From: a virus
Lineage: Duplodnaviria > Caudoviricetes
DNA length: 38,140 bases
IMG/VR virus record: IMGVR_UViG_3300017761_002003
Coordinates: 1-38,140 of that record
Reading direction: 5' to 3' (one strand)
Both the position numbers and the translations under genes were made by a program. This document shows positions 1 through 8,164 of the stretch, one piece after another (position 1 is the stretch's first letter; each line of letters begins with the position of its first letter). The notes beneath the pieces are model-generated. The model was not told the origin of the DNA, made no database searches, and saw nothing but the letters and a program-made list of their open reading frames with translations.

Positions 1-141
1 GAACATAGACTCCACGGTGTCAAAGTCCTGTAACAATTTTTCGTTAGGAACCGCAACGTAATCCACGTCCTTAGATTCAAGACCTAAAATCTCGTCTCTA
101 ACTTTTCCACCAACCTCATACATCTTAAATAAGTTTTCCAT
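1..141 (-). CDS. tRNA nucleotidyltransferase (CCA-adding)/poly(A) polymerase family, N-terminus only (runs off window)
   Basis: Hand translation from ATG 141: MENLFKMYEVGGKVRDEILGLESKDVDYVAV..., matching the class II nucleotidyltransferase YxVGGxVRDxxLGxxxKDxD motif; not in the ORF track. Confidence 0.85.
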   Translation of the reverse strand, partial: MENLFKMYEVGGKVRDEILGLESKDVDYVAVPNEKLLQDFDTVESMF

Positions 142-159
142 TTTTTCTAAATTATTTAA

Positions 160-167
160 CAAAGATA
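160..167 (-). promoter_or_regulatory. Bacteroidota primary-sigma -7 element (TATCTTTG)
   Basis: caaagata on + = TAnnTTTG on -, 18 nt upstream of ATG 141; no -33 TTG at canonical spacing. Confidence 0.6.
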
Positions 168-207
168 TAAAAAAATTCCAAACAAAAAATTATTTGGGAT
201 TAAATTT

Positions 208-465
208 TTAATTATTTTCTCTCATTGGAATTAAAATTGTTTCTAAAGTCGCCTTGTATGCCGAAAAAGCAAATGGATTATCTCTATCCGGAGTTTCCTT
301 ACATTCAATATAAACATTTTCAAATAATTCAATCGCATAATCAATTCCATTATATTCCGCAATCAATTTACCTGCGGATGGAACAGTTAAAGGTTGTTTT
401 AAATTATTTTGTTCACAAATAATGTTAACTGTCTGTCTAATTTTATCAATATGTATTTTTCCCAT
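208..465 (-). CDS. hypothetical protein
   Basis: ORF 208..522; likely start ATG 465 (MGKIHIDK), just after the stop of the upstream gene at 467. Confidence 0.7.
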   Translation of the reverse strand: MGKIHIDKIRQTVNIICEQNNLKQPLTVPSAGKLIAEYNGIDYAIELFENVYIECKETPDRDNPFAFSAYKATLETILIPMRENN

Positions 466-466
466 C

Positions 467-721
467 TTAATATTCTGTAATGTTATACATACCACACAAT
501 CTATGTGACCTACCAAACTCATCTTTGAATGTTATACATCCGTCTTTCTCCACATACTTTTCAGTATAGAAACTTGTCTCTTGGTGTCTGTTACCGGGAA
601 TGGAGATTTCATATAAATGACCACCTTTTTTAACCCCACTAATCAAATAACCTCTGTAAACCGCAGAAACCACTATGATTCCAAAAACCAAAACAATAAA
701 CCCTAATATACTATTTCTCAT
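467..721 (-). CDS. hypothetical membrane-anchored protein
   Basis: N-terminal hydrophobic segment; tightly packed in operon. Confidence 0.75.
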   Translation of the reverse strand: MRNSILGFIVLVFGIIVVSAVYRGYLISGVKKGGHLYEISIPGNRHQETSFYTEKYVEKDGCITFKDEFGRSHRLCGMYNITEY

Positions 722-722
722 C

Positions 723-1139
723 TTAATTTAATTTATTTTCTATTAATTTTAACGCTTCTTGTAACCCAATTTCTAAACCATCTTCATAGGTTTTAAATCC
801 TTTCTCCACAATAGTTTCTTCTTCTGTTCTTTCAGTAATTAAATCAAAACCATAAACTAAAACTTTTTGTTCATCATAGTAAGGTTCTAATAGTAGATGT
901 ATATTATGAATTTCTCTTAACCATTTTTGAAGAAGAGATTGTGTTGGTCTTTGTATCTGATGTTCATCTTTGTTGTTACAGTATATACTTTTGTAAAATG
1001 AGTAAGTCCCTAAAAATGGATAACTATCACCTTTCAAATCACCAAAATCACCGTGCCAACCTACATTACAAAATTCTAAATCAAAACCTTTTTCTTTAGC
1101 TAACTTAGCTGTATCAAATGTTATTAATTGTTCTTCCAT
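723..1139 (-). CDS. conserved phage hypothetical protein
   Basis: ITFDTAKLAKEKGF...PTQSLLQKWLRE...TYEDGLEIGLQEAL pattern, which I recall from Bacteroidota phage hypotheticals. Confidence 0.75.
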   Translation of the reverse strand: MEEQLITFDTAKLAKEKGFDLEFCNVGWHGDFGDLKGDSYPFLGTYSFYKSIYCNNKDEHQIQRPTQSLLQKWLREIHNIHLLLEPYYDEQKVLVYGFDLITERTEEETIVEKGFKTYEDGLEIGLQEALKLIENKLN

Positions 1140-1140
1140 C

Positions 1141-1647
1141 TTATCTAAATTTTTCCATTCGTTTCTTAATCAACTCAGCGGTATCGTAATCTTCTGCATC
1201 CAACGCTTTTTTCAAATACACCTCACACTCAATCTCAGTCATCAAGTCCACCGGTTTGCCATCAACCTTTTTACCGGTAGATTTACTACTTTCACTAACA
1301 CCACCTGTAAATCCGGGTTCACAACCCATCACTTTTTTAGCGTCGTCATAGTTTTTTCTCCAAGTTGCGGATTTGTTAAAAGCCATTACAGACCAACTAA
1401 CTTTGTATGTCATATTACTGCCACAACTAATATAAAGATTATCCAAGTCCCAACCTTCAAGGGTTGCAAACTCTTTACTATTTTGTTCTAAAATCCTGTA
1501 ATAATCACCTCTACATAAAGATAATTTATCACCAACCTTCCAATTTTTACATTTGGTTTTTCTGTTTTTGTTTTGGATAGAACCACTGATACCGACTATC
1601 ATCAATATTAATAAAATAACCCCCACTATAATTCCTAATATTTCCAT
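1141..1647 (-). CDS. membrane protein with C-terminal UVR (UvrB/C) motif
   Basis: N-terminal TM helix; C-terminal LKKALDAEDYDTAELIK. Confidence 0.7.
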   Translation of the reverse strand: MEILGIIVGVILLILMIVGISGSIQNKNRKTKCKNWKVGDKLSLCRGDYYRILEQNSKEFATLEGWDLDNLYISCGSNMTYKVSWSVMAFNKSATWRKNYDDAKKVMGCEPGFTGGVSESSKSTGKKVDGKPVDLMTEIECEVYLKKALDAEDYDTAELIKKRMEKFR

Positions 1648-1666
1648 AATTTTATATTTTATGGGA

Positions 1667-1697
1667 CAAAGATAATACTATTTTTTATATAAACAAA
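1667..1697 (-). promoter_or_regulatory. Bacteroidota-type promoter TTTG-N19-TATCTTTG
   Basis: caaagata 1667-1674 and caaa 1694-1697 on +; 19-nt spacer. Confidence 0.8.
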
Positions 1698-1733
1698 AAA
1701 AACCCCAACAAATTTTACTCTGTTGAGGTTTTT
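1695..1733 (-). terminator. intrinsic terminator
   Basis: Minus strand aaaaacctcaaca-gagtaaaatt-tgttggggtttttttt; the stem needs a G-U pair that forms only on the minus strand. Confidence 0.75.
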
Positions 1734-1781
1734 ATAAAATCCAACCTAATATAAAGAAAGGGGTTGTTGGCTAAATGAGTA
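1695..1781 (-). ncRNA. candidate small RNA
   Basis: TATTTATA motif (1782-1789) followed by about 85 nt with no ATG, a ccaac/gttgg stem and a terminator. Confidence 0.35.
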
Positions 1782-1808
1782 TATAAATATACAATAAAAT
1801 TAAAAAAG

Positions 1809-2234
1809 TTAATCTTTTTTTAAGATTCTCACAATTAATCTACATAATTGGTCTGATTTATCCTTAAATGGTAAATTTTTAAGGTTAAAGTAACCACACT
1901 GTGTGTGCTCATCACCATCAAAAGCATTCTCTAAGTCCGGATGTATCTTTTCATCGGTCTCCATTAAAAACACATACATCAGACCTTTAACCTCAGAACC
2001 ATCACGATTATATCTATTAACAAACCCAACTAAATTTAATTTATTATCTAACGTATAATTAGTTTCTTCTTCAAACTCTCTTTGAACACCATCCATTGGA
2101 TGTTCGTCTTTTTCTAAATTACCACCCGGAATACTCCACTGTCCCGGTAAACTACCCGTCGCATTTCTTTTACATAGTAATACCTCATCACCACATTTAA
2201 CAATTACACCGGAATATCGTTTTACTTTTTTCAT
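1809..2234 (-). CDS. Nudix hydrolase
   Basis: Nudix box WSIPGGNLEKDEHPMDGVQREFEEET. Confidence 0.9.
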   Translation of the reverse strand: MKKVKRYSGVIVKCGDEVLLCKRNATGSLPGQWSIPGGNLEKDEHPMDGVQREFEEETNYTLDNKLNLVGFVNRYNRDGSEVKGLMYVFLMETDEKIHPDLENAFDGDEHTQCGYFNLKNLPFKDKSDQLCRLIVRILKKD

Positions 2235-2263
2235 TTTATAATTTCTTGTGTATTTATAAGTAT

Positions 2264-2611
2264 ATGGAATTAACTATAAATAAAAATAAATTCAAAGTCA
2301 AAACTGTAATATCATCCAAAGACACTAGTCAAGGAATGATGAATAAACGTTTTGACAATACCTTTAATGGTATGTTATTTATTATGTCCGAAGGTCAACA
2401 CTGTTTTTGGATGAAGAATTGTATAACTAATCTTGATATAATCTTTATTGAAGATGATGTTATAACAAAAATTCACCACAACTGTCCCCCATGTAAATCT
2501 AATGATTGTAGAAACTATTGTGGTGAAGGTGATATGATTCTTGAACTTCAGGGTAACACCTGTAAAAAATTGGGTATTAAATCAGGTGATAGTATTATTC
2601 ATTTAGATTAA
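2264..2611 (+). CDS. DUF192 family protein
   Basis: GMM..R, GMLF, FWMKNC...LDIIFI and ILELQG motifs; start ATG 2264 follows TATTTATA at 2251-2258. Confidence 0.85.
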   Translation: MELTINKNKFKVKTVISSKDTSQGMMNKRFDNTFNGMLFIMSEGQHCFWMKNCITNLDIIFIEDDVITKIHHNCPPCKSNDCRNYCGEGDMILELQGNTCKKLGIKSGDSIIHLD

Positions 2612-2614
2612 TAC

Positions 2615-2977
2615 TTACATAGATGGTACTATTGACATTATAATCACGTCACCAGCTCTTAACCCTTTTGATAAGTCACAACCTTTGTTTCTATTAATTA
2701 ATTCCGATTCACTAACAATACCCGGATGTTGAGCCGCAATACCACTTAAAGTATCTCCGGTTTTAACTTTATGTAATAACAAATTCCTATCACCAATATT
2801 AGATTTTAATTGTTGTAAACTTTGTTTACCAAAACAATACTTTCCACCCATTTCAGGTTTAACTTTTCTTAATTGAGAATCAATTGGTTCCTGATGATTC
2901 ATTTGTTCATTTACTAACCCATATATTGAACGGATGTCGTTTTTTTCTTCTTCTGAAATTATAAATCTTTTTGCCAT
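2615..2977 (-). CDS. LysM-domain protein with N-terminal (L/I)xE leader
   Basis: HKVKTGDTLSGIA...ELINRN...LRAGDVI; TATTTATA motif at 2993-3000. Confidence 0.85.
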   Translation of the reverse strand: MAKRFIISEEEKNDIRSIYGLVNEQMNHQEPIDSQLRKVKPEMGGKYCFGKQSLQQLKSNIGDRNLLLHKVKTGDTLSGIAAQHPGIVSESELINRNKGCDLSKGLRAGDVIIMSIVPSM

Positions 2978-3013
2978 AATTGTGTTTTTAATTATAAATA
3001 TCTAATAAATAAA

Positions 3014-3037
3014 AAAAGAGGTTGTTACACCTCTTTT
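3014..3037 (-). terminator. intrinsic terminator
   Basis: aaaagaggt-tgttac-acctctttt hairpin with A-tract on + (U-tract on -), overlapping the MTase stop. Confidence 0.7.
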
Positions 3038-3882
3038 AATTCTAATTCTAATTGTTTCCTTTCCTCAATAAACGCATTTACACGTTTTGTCGCAATATCA
3101 CAGTAGTTTGGTGATAACTCAACCCCCAACCATCGTCTTCCTAATGTTTCCGCAGCGACCGCTGATGTCCCACTTCCCATAAAGGGGTCAAAAACAATAT
3201 CATTCTTATATGTTAATATTTTAATAGCTTTTGACGGTATGTCTAATGAAAAAGTAGCTTTAGTTAATGATTTAGTGTCAGAGAAATAATACCATCTAGC
3301 AAAAACTAAATTCATAAACTCTTTCTTATCCTCATCTTTATAAATCATTTTGTTTTTAACTTTACCGTCTTCACTTGTAACTTGTATTTGTTCTCCCAAC
3401 CATTGTGATTCACCTTTGGTTAGTTTTTTACTATTTTTCTTATAAGCCAATATCACACATTCCTTTGGGTTGTATAAATATGGTGATGATGCCGACATCC
3501 AAGAACCCCAAGCAGTTTGTCTTACTCTATGTGGACTGTCCTCATTTAAGTCAATCATTCCAAAGAACTTAAACCCAACTTCTTTCATCTTCATCCAAAA
3601 TTCAGCGTTAAATAATATTCTACCACCTCTCTCTTGAACATTGGTTTCTATTGGAACGTTAATCGCAACTCTACCATCATCCTTTAACACTCTATAAGCC
3701 TCCGTTAACCATTTAGTCGTGAAATCCCAATACTCATCCATTGGGATGGTATCATCGTAAACGTCGTATTTGACGTTAACTCCATAGGGAGGTGACGTAC
3801 ATAAAAGGTCGATACAACCCTCCGGTAATGTTTTCATTACCTCAATACAATCCCCAATTATAATCTTTCCTGTCTCTATCAT
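3025..3882 (-). CDS. DNA methyltransferase, N4C/N6A beta class (orphan)
   Basis: TSPPY catalytic motif N-terminal; DPFMGSGT SAM-binding motif C-terminal. Confidence 0.95.
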   Translation of the reverse strand: MIETGKIIIGDCIEVMKTLPEGCIDLLCTSPPYGVNVKYDVYDDTIPMDEYWDFTTKWLTEAYRVLKDDGRVAINVPIETNVQERGGRILFNAEFWMKMKEVGFKFFGMIDLNEDSPHRVRQTAWGSWMSASSPYLYNPKECVILAYKKNSKKLTKGESQWLGEQIQVTSEDGKVKNKMIYKDEDKKEFMNLVFARWYYFSDTKSLTKATFSLDIPSKAIKILTYKNDIVFDPFMGSGTSAVAAETLGRRWLGVELSPNYCDIATKRVNAFIEERKQLELELKEV

Positions 3883-3883
3883 C

Positions 3884-4180
3884 TTACTCTGTTAATTGGT
3901 ATTCCCAACCATCTTCTTTTTTAATTGGTGTTATCTCTAAATCCAAGAACACCGCGTTTTGGTCACTAGCGTGTAACCCTAATATATTGTAATCGTAAAA
4001 CTCTTCAGCCTCACCCATCGTCATTAGGTCTCTCTCTTGTAGAATGTCTAATATTCTTTGTTTTGAATATAAAATCTTTCTTCCGGGAGAACCAAAGTCC
4101 TCAACAATCCCAACGATTGCCTCTTCTAATCCATCTAATAAAACCGCACCTTCAGCGTATTCATCAATATCAACTAACAT
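3884..4180 (-). CDS. conserved phage hypothetical protein
   Basis: LDGLEEAIVG...EAEEFYDYNILG pattern, which I recall as widespread in phages. Confidence 0.75.
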   Translation of the reverse strand: MLVDIDEYAEGAVLLDGLEEAIVGIVEDFGSPGRKILYSKQRILDILQERDLMTMGEAEEFYDYNILGLHASDQNAVFLDLEITPIKKEDGWEYQLTE

Positions 4181-4407
4181 TTGTTTTCCAAATTTTCAAT
4201 TCTACGATTAAGATAAAATAACGCTTTTTTTAAATCTTCAATCTCTTTAGTTGGGTCTTTCTTACCAGCCCTTGAAATATACTTAACTGTATTACCCAAG
4301 TGAAAATCTAAATTCCACACTTCAATAACTTTAATCGCTTCATATTCATTATTTTTCCCAAATTGATAATGACTTGGGTGATTAACCATTTCTTTATTTT
4401 CACTCAT
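4174..4407 (-). CDS. DUF3310 family protein
   Basis: VNHPSHY...LGNTVKYISRAGKK...EDLKKA. Confidence 0.9.
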   Translation of the reverse strand: MSENKEMVNHPSHYQFGKNNEYEAIKVIEVWNLDFHLGNTVKYISRAGKKDPTKEIEDLKKALFYLNRRIENLENKC

Positions 4408-4625
4408 AATTTTATTAAATAATATTTACCTAATTTAACACTTTTTTTATACCCATTTCTAACAGAAAATAATGGGTTTGTGGTAACATTAATACCAATC
4501 CCATCATTAATCCTAAGTGACCAACCTGATGGTGATTTACTAAACAATATTGATTGTTTAAATGTTTTAATTACCGTTTGACTACACCCACTTCCGATAT
4601 AATATGTTTTTTTAGACAACCACAT
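4404..4625 (-). CDS. hypothetical protein
   Basis: Operon packing with short overlaps at both ends. Confidence 0.6.
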   Translation of the reverse strand: MWLSKKTYYIGSGCSQTVIKTFKQSILFSKSPSGWSLRINDGIGINVTTNPLFSVRNGYKKSVKLGKYYLIKL

Positions 4626-4794
4626 AATATCCGTCAGCTAAATCACTTTCCTTAATAAATCCTTCCGATATTAATGTATCTAATTGTTTTTTAGTATCTT
4701 CCTCACTACGATTTAGAATATACTTTGCAATGTAACTAATGTGGATAGGTCGTATTAACTTATCTCCCAACTCTTTGATTTGTTTTTTGTCCAT
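4612..4794 (-). CDS. small winged-helix-like hypothetical protein
   Basis: HISYIAKYIL...TKKQLDTLISEGFIKES...GYY resembles a wHTH. Confidence 0.6.
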   Translation of the reverse strand: MDKKQIKELGDKLIRPIHISYIAKYILNRSEEDTKKQLDTLISEGFIKESDLADGYYVVV

Positions 4795-5561
4795 TATGAT
4801 AATAATTTTTTTGTTATATTAATGTTTTGATTAACATATGATAATACTTTTCTTTTAAAAATTGGAACCAATGTTTGTTCTAATGGAAATATATCGCTAC
4901 AAAACACTTCAAAGATTGGGTAATCAACTTCATTGTTTTTTTCATATGTTTTTGAAAACTTAGAGATAATTTCCGGAATAGTCAAAATAAATGGGTCACC
5001 TTTGAAAATTAATTTTAAAGATGTTTTTGTTTGGTTTTTAGTTTTATATACTCTTCTTGTGGTATATTGCCAAACATATAAATTATCCGGCGTTTTATAA
5101 GAGAAAAATCCGGACTTACTTTGTAGATTGTTTTTGTTTTTCTTCACAACAACATCTATAGAATCATAAACAATACTCCATATTGATTTTGCAAAGTTGA
5201 AATAATCGTGTAGTTGTGGCTGACTATTTTTTAAGATTTTTTTATACTCAATAACTTCTTCATCATCAAGAACCGGGATGTCTTTAACTTTTAAATCAGA
5301 GAATACCAATTCATCATCATTTGAGGTTATTTTTTTATCAACATATAAGATTTTGTTTTGAGTTATCAAGGTTTGTATATTACCCAAATGTAATGAAAGC
5401 TCAATAAACATTGGGTAAACTTCCATTCTCTCAAGATGTTTGTTCATCTTTTGAAAGTAATCTAATAACACATATTGTTTTTGTTCAGCATCTAAAATAC
5501 CGTCAAACAACCAATCCGTATCCATTATAAATTTATTCTTATTTTTCTGTATCATTTCCAT
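4794..5561 (-). CDS. hypothetical protein
   Basis: 255-aa ORF; TATATTTG (-7 element) at 5574-5581 upstream. Confidence 0.8.
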   Translation of the reverse strand: MEMIQKNKNKFIMDTDWLFDGILDAEQKQYVLLDYFQKMNKHLERMEVYPMFIELSLHLGNIQTLITQNKILYVDKKITSNDDELVFSDLKVKDIPVLDDEEVIEYKKILKNSQPQLHDYFNFAKSIWSIVYDSIDVVVKKNKNNLQSKSGFFSYKTPDNLYVWQYTTRRVYKTKNQTKTSLKLIFKGDPFILTIPEIISKFSKTYEKNNEVDYPIFEVFCSDIFPLEQTLVPIFKRKVLSYVNQNINITKKLLS

Positions 5562-5609
5562 ATTCTATTATTTCAAATATACAGGAAAAGATTGGAAAAA
5601 GGAATAGTT

Positions 5610-6977
5610 TTAATTAACTCTCATTACGTAATAAGACTCACCACCTATATCAATACTGTCATAAGTACCATCATAACCATTCATAACACCCCAACCGTCA
5701 GAATCGACTAAACCTTGAGCTAAAGCGTCTTCATCAATGTATTCTTTAACGTCCATACCATAATCGGTTAAATATTCTAACGGATTTCTTTTAACCCACC
5801 TAACTAATTCTTCAACTTTATTATCAATCATATCTTCAGTTGGGTCAGTATCAACTTCAATATTGTCTAACTCTTCTTGGAGAGCCTCAATCTGACTTTC
5901 AAAATCATAATATAATTCGTCATAATCTTCTCTGTCAGTATCCAAATCATTTTGTTCCATTTGCATATCCTCAATTTGTGATTCAATCTGTTCTATTCTT
6001 TGTTCTTGTTCCGAAGTTAATTCAAAATCATCATCGTTAAAATAACTATCAGGATTCTCTCTCACTTGATAATCATAATCTTCTCTAGCAAATTCAACAA
6101 TTGCATCTTCATCTAAATAATCTTCAATAAAACTTCTACTAAACCCGTCAGCACCAACATCATTAATATAATTTTTAGCATAGACTAAAGCCGCATCATC
6201 CATTTCTGTCTCAGTTCCAACAGTGTATTCTTCATCTTTAAAACCGTCAATTAAGACCTCAAATTGCGTCAAACCATAATGAGAATAATTTGTTGGATAC
6301 ATATCATATATGTCACCAACGTCACCAGTTAATTCATCAATCCTTTCTTCAACTTCTTCAATTTGATTTAATATCTCCACATTCTCATCCGGGTCACCGT
6401 CTCTATCTTCATCATCATAACGAGCATTAAGTTCTTCTAATTGTTGAGTCAATTCTTTTAACTCTTCTTTCTCCTCATTATCCAATACTTTAATTTTACC
6501 TTGACCATCAAGATATTCTAATAAAGCCATCGCCTTTAATCCCTCTTCATCGTGATTTTGAAAATTCCACTCATCATCTTCTCTTTTAGAATCCATCTCA
6601 GCCTTTTTACCCAAAAGTTCTTGTCTTTCTCTAATTTTTGCTCGGGAAGAACCAGAATCCCAAATATGTTTTTTACTTTTTAAATTACCAATATCGGATA
6701 CTTTAGTATTACGAATATCTAAAGAACCATCAACATAACCAATTGGTCCAATATCTTTAATATCTTTACCACTTAAATCTAAATCACCTGTAATATATAA
6801 TGGTTTTCCACCATATTTTTTCATTTTTCTAAACACATTACCATTATTACTGGCATATTGCATCATATCCAAATAATCCTCAGGAGATATTCTATAATAT
6901 TCATCCTCAGTTTGTTCAACTATTTTTTTAATTACTTTATGTAATTCGGATTCCGTAAGTCTTAATTTTCTACCCAT
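5610..6977 (-). CDS. late protein: (L/I)xE leader + short LRR-like repeats + very acidic coiled-coil region
   Basis: MGRKLRLTESELHKVIKKIVEQ leader; GDLDLSGKDIKDIGPIGYVDGSLDIRNTKVSDIGNL; D/E-rich C-terminal two thirds; TATTTAT at 6982-6988. Confidence 0.8.
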   Translation of the reverse strand: MGRKLRLTESELHKVIKKIVEQTEDEYYRISPEDYLDMMQYASNNGNVFRKMKKYGGKPLYITGDLDLSGKDIKDIGPIGYVDGSLDIRNTKVSDIGNLKSKKHIWDSGSSRAKIRERQELLGKKAEMDSKREDDEWNFQNHDEEGLKAMALLEYLDGQGKIKVLDNEEKEELKELTQQLEELNARYDDEDRDGDPDENVEILNQIEEVEERIDELTGDVGDIYDMYPTNYSHYGLTQFEVLIDGFKDEEYTVGTETEMDDAALVYAKNYINDVGADGFSRSFIEDYLDEDAIVEFAREDYDYQVRENPDSYFNDDDFELTSEQEQRIEQIESQIEDMQMEQNDLDTDREDYDELYYDFESQIEALQEELDNIEVDTDPTEDMIDNKVEELVRWVKRNPLEYLTDYGMDVKEYIDEDALAQGLVDSDGWGVMNGYDGTYDSIDIGGESYYVMRVN

Positions 6978-7070
6978 GTTAATAAATATCAGCTAAGATA
7001 CAAAATTTATTTACTTATTATCAATTAAGTAGATATTTATGGATATATAAACTTTAATACATATATTATC

Positions 7071-7214
7071 ATGGCGTGCGGATGCAAAAATCAAGGAAAT
7101 CAAACTCCCCCACCAGCACAACAAACGAATACTCCCGCAGGTCAAAGTCAACCACAGACCCAACCTATTCAAGAGTCAATTCGTAAAGTTGTTCAAAAAT
7201 ATTACAAAAAGTAA
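7071..7214 (+). CDS. 47-aa peptide with CGC motif (not in ORF track)
   Basis: MACGCKNQGNQTPPPAQQTNTPAGQSQPQTQPIQESIRKVVQKYYKK; GATATTTAT at 7032-7040 upstream and a terminator downstream. Confidence 0.75.
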   Translation: MACGCKNQGNQTPPPAQQTNTPAGQSQPQTQPIQESIRKVVQKYYKK

Positions 7215-7242
7215 TATCTAAACGTTTGGGGTAAAAAATCAC

Positions 7243-7268
7243 AGGGAACAAATTGTTCCCTTTTTTTA
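7243..7268 (+). terminator. intrinsic terminator
   Basis: agggaaca-aat-tgttccct followed by a T-run. Confidence 0.8.
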
Positions 7269-7315
7269 TTTATAATTAGAATTAATTTCTATATCATTTA
7301 ATATAACTTAAAAAT

Positions 7316-8134
7316 ATGAAATATATAAATGAAAATTCAAACCGAGGCATCGTAAACTTATTTGCCGATTATATCGTTAACGAAATAAATAAAACTCACC
7401 AATATGATGTTGTAATTGAAGTAACTGATTGTGGTAAGTTCTTTGTTGTTAATGGTATGACCACATCAGATAAAATTTTAGACATAATTAAAGTGAGGGA
7501 ATCTTTCGTTGAAACTTACAAATCTTTAATGACTAAATTTGGTTATGAAACTGTTAATATTATTGATTTAATTATGTATAATCGAGACTTAAGTAAAAAA
7601 ACAGAATACACGTTTGACTTCTACAATTCATCAAGACCAACCTATCACTACAAATTAATAAATACTTTGATTGACAATGACCAACCTAAATTTAATTCAA
7701 TCACATACACAAATAGATTAGAATATGAATTGGATTATTCTGAAGACAACACATCCAATTTAGATTACTATACTTACGCTCCGTTAAACATATCATCAGA
7801 GTTTCCACACGGATATAGTTTGAGTATGGGAAGACAAGAGTTATACTACTCAGAATACATCAGTAATCAATTGTTTGACGTAATCTTAACCGACAAATTA
7901 ACTTTTAAGTATTCGTCCGTTAAAGTGGATGAGGATAATCAAATTGACATTAAAACAACAACTTTATTCCCCAAAAAAAGTATTATCTCTATGGTGTTAG
8001 ATGTTTTTGATTTTGATATGTTGGTATTCAATGATATGATAAAAGATTACAACATTACGGATGACCTATTAAAACCATTTGATAAAAAACCTTGGTTAGT
8101 CAGAGATAAGATTAAAGACCTAATATTATTCTAA
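7316..8134 (+). CDS. degenerate S-adenosylmethionine synthetase (MetK)-like protein, catalytic motifs absent
   Basis: In-register similarity by eye to the MetK N-terminal and C-terminal domains (see findings); GHPDK, GAGDQG and GGGAFSGKD are missing. Confidence 0.7.
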   Translation: [272 protein letters not shown]

Positions 8135-8164
8135 AAAGAAAATCCCCAATCAAGGGGATTTTTT
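8132..8164. repeat. 33-bp direct repeat, copy 1 (bidirectional terminator)
   Basis: taaaaagaaaatccccaatcaaggggatttttt, identical to 8705-8737; hairpin aaaatcccc/ggggatttt. Confidence 0.95.

Noticed and set aside
7316-8134. Active MetK as an auxiliary metabolic gene, or a decayed pseudogene
   Set aside because: Catalytic signatures are absent, so not an active synthetase; the frame is intact from the MetK-like N-terminus to the C-terminal PW motif, so not a decaying fragment
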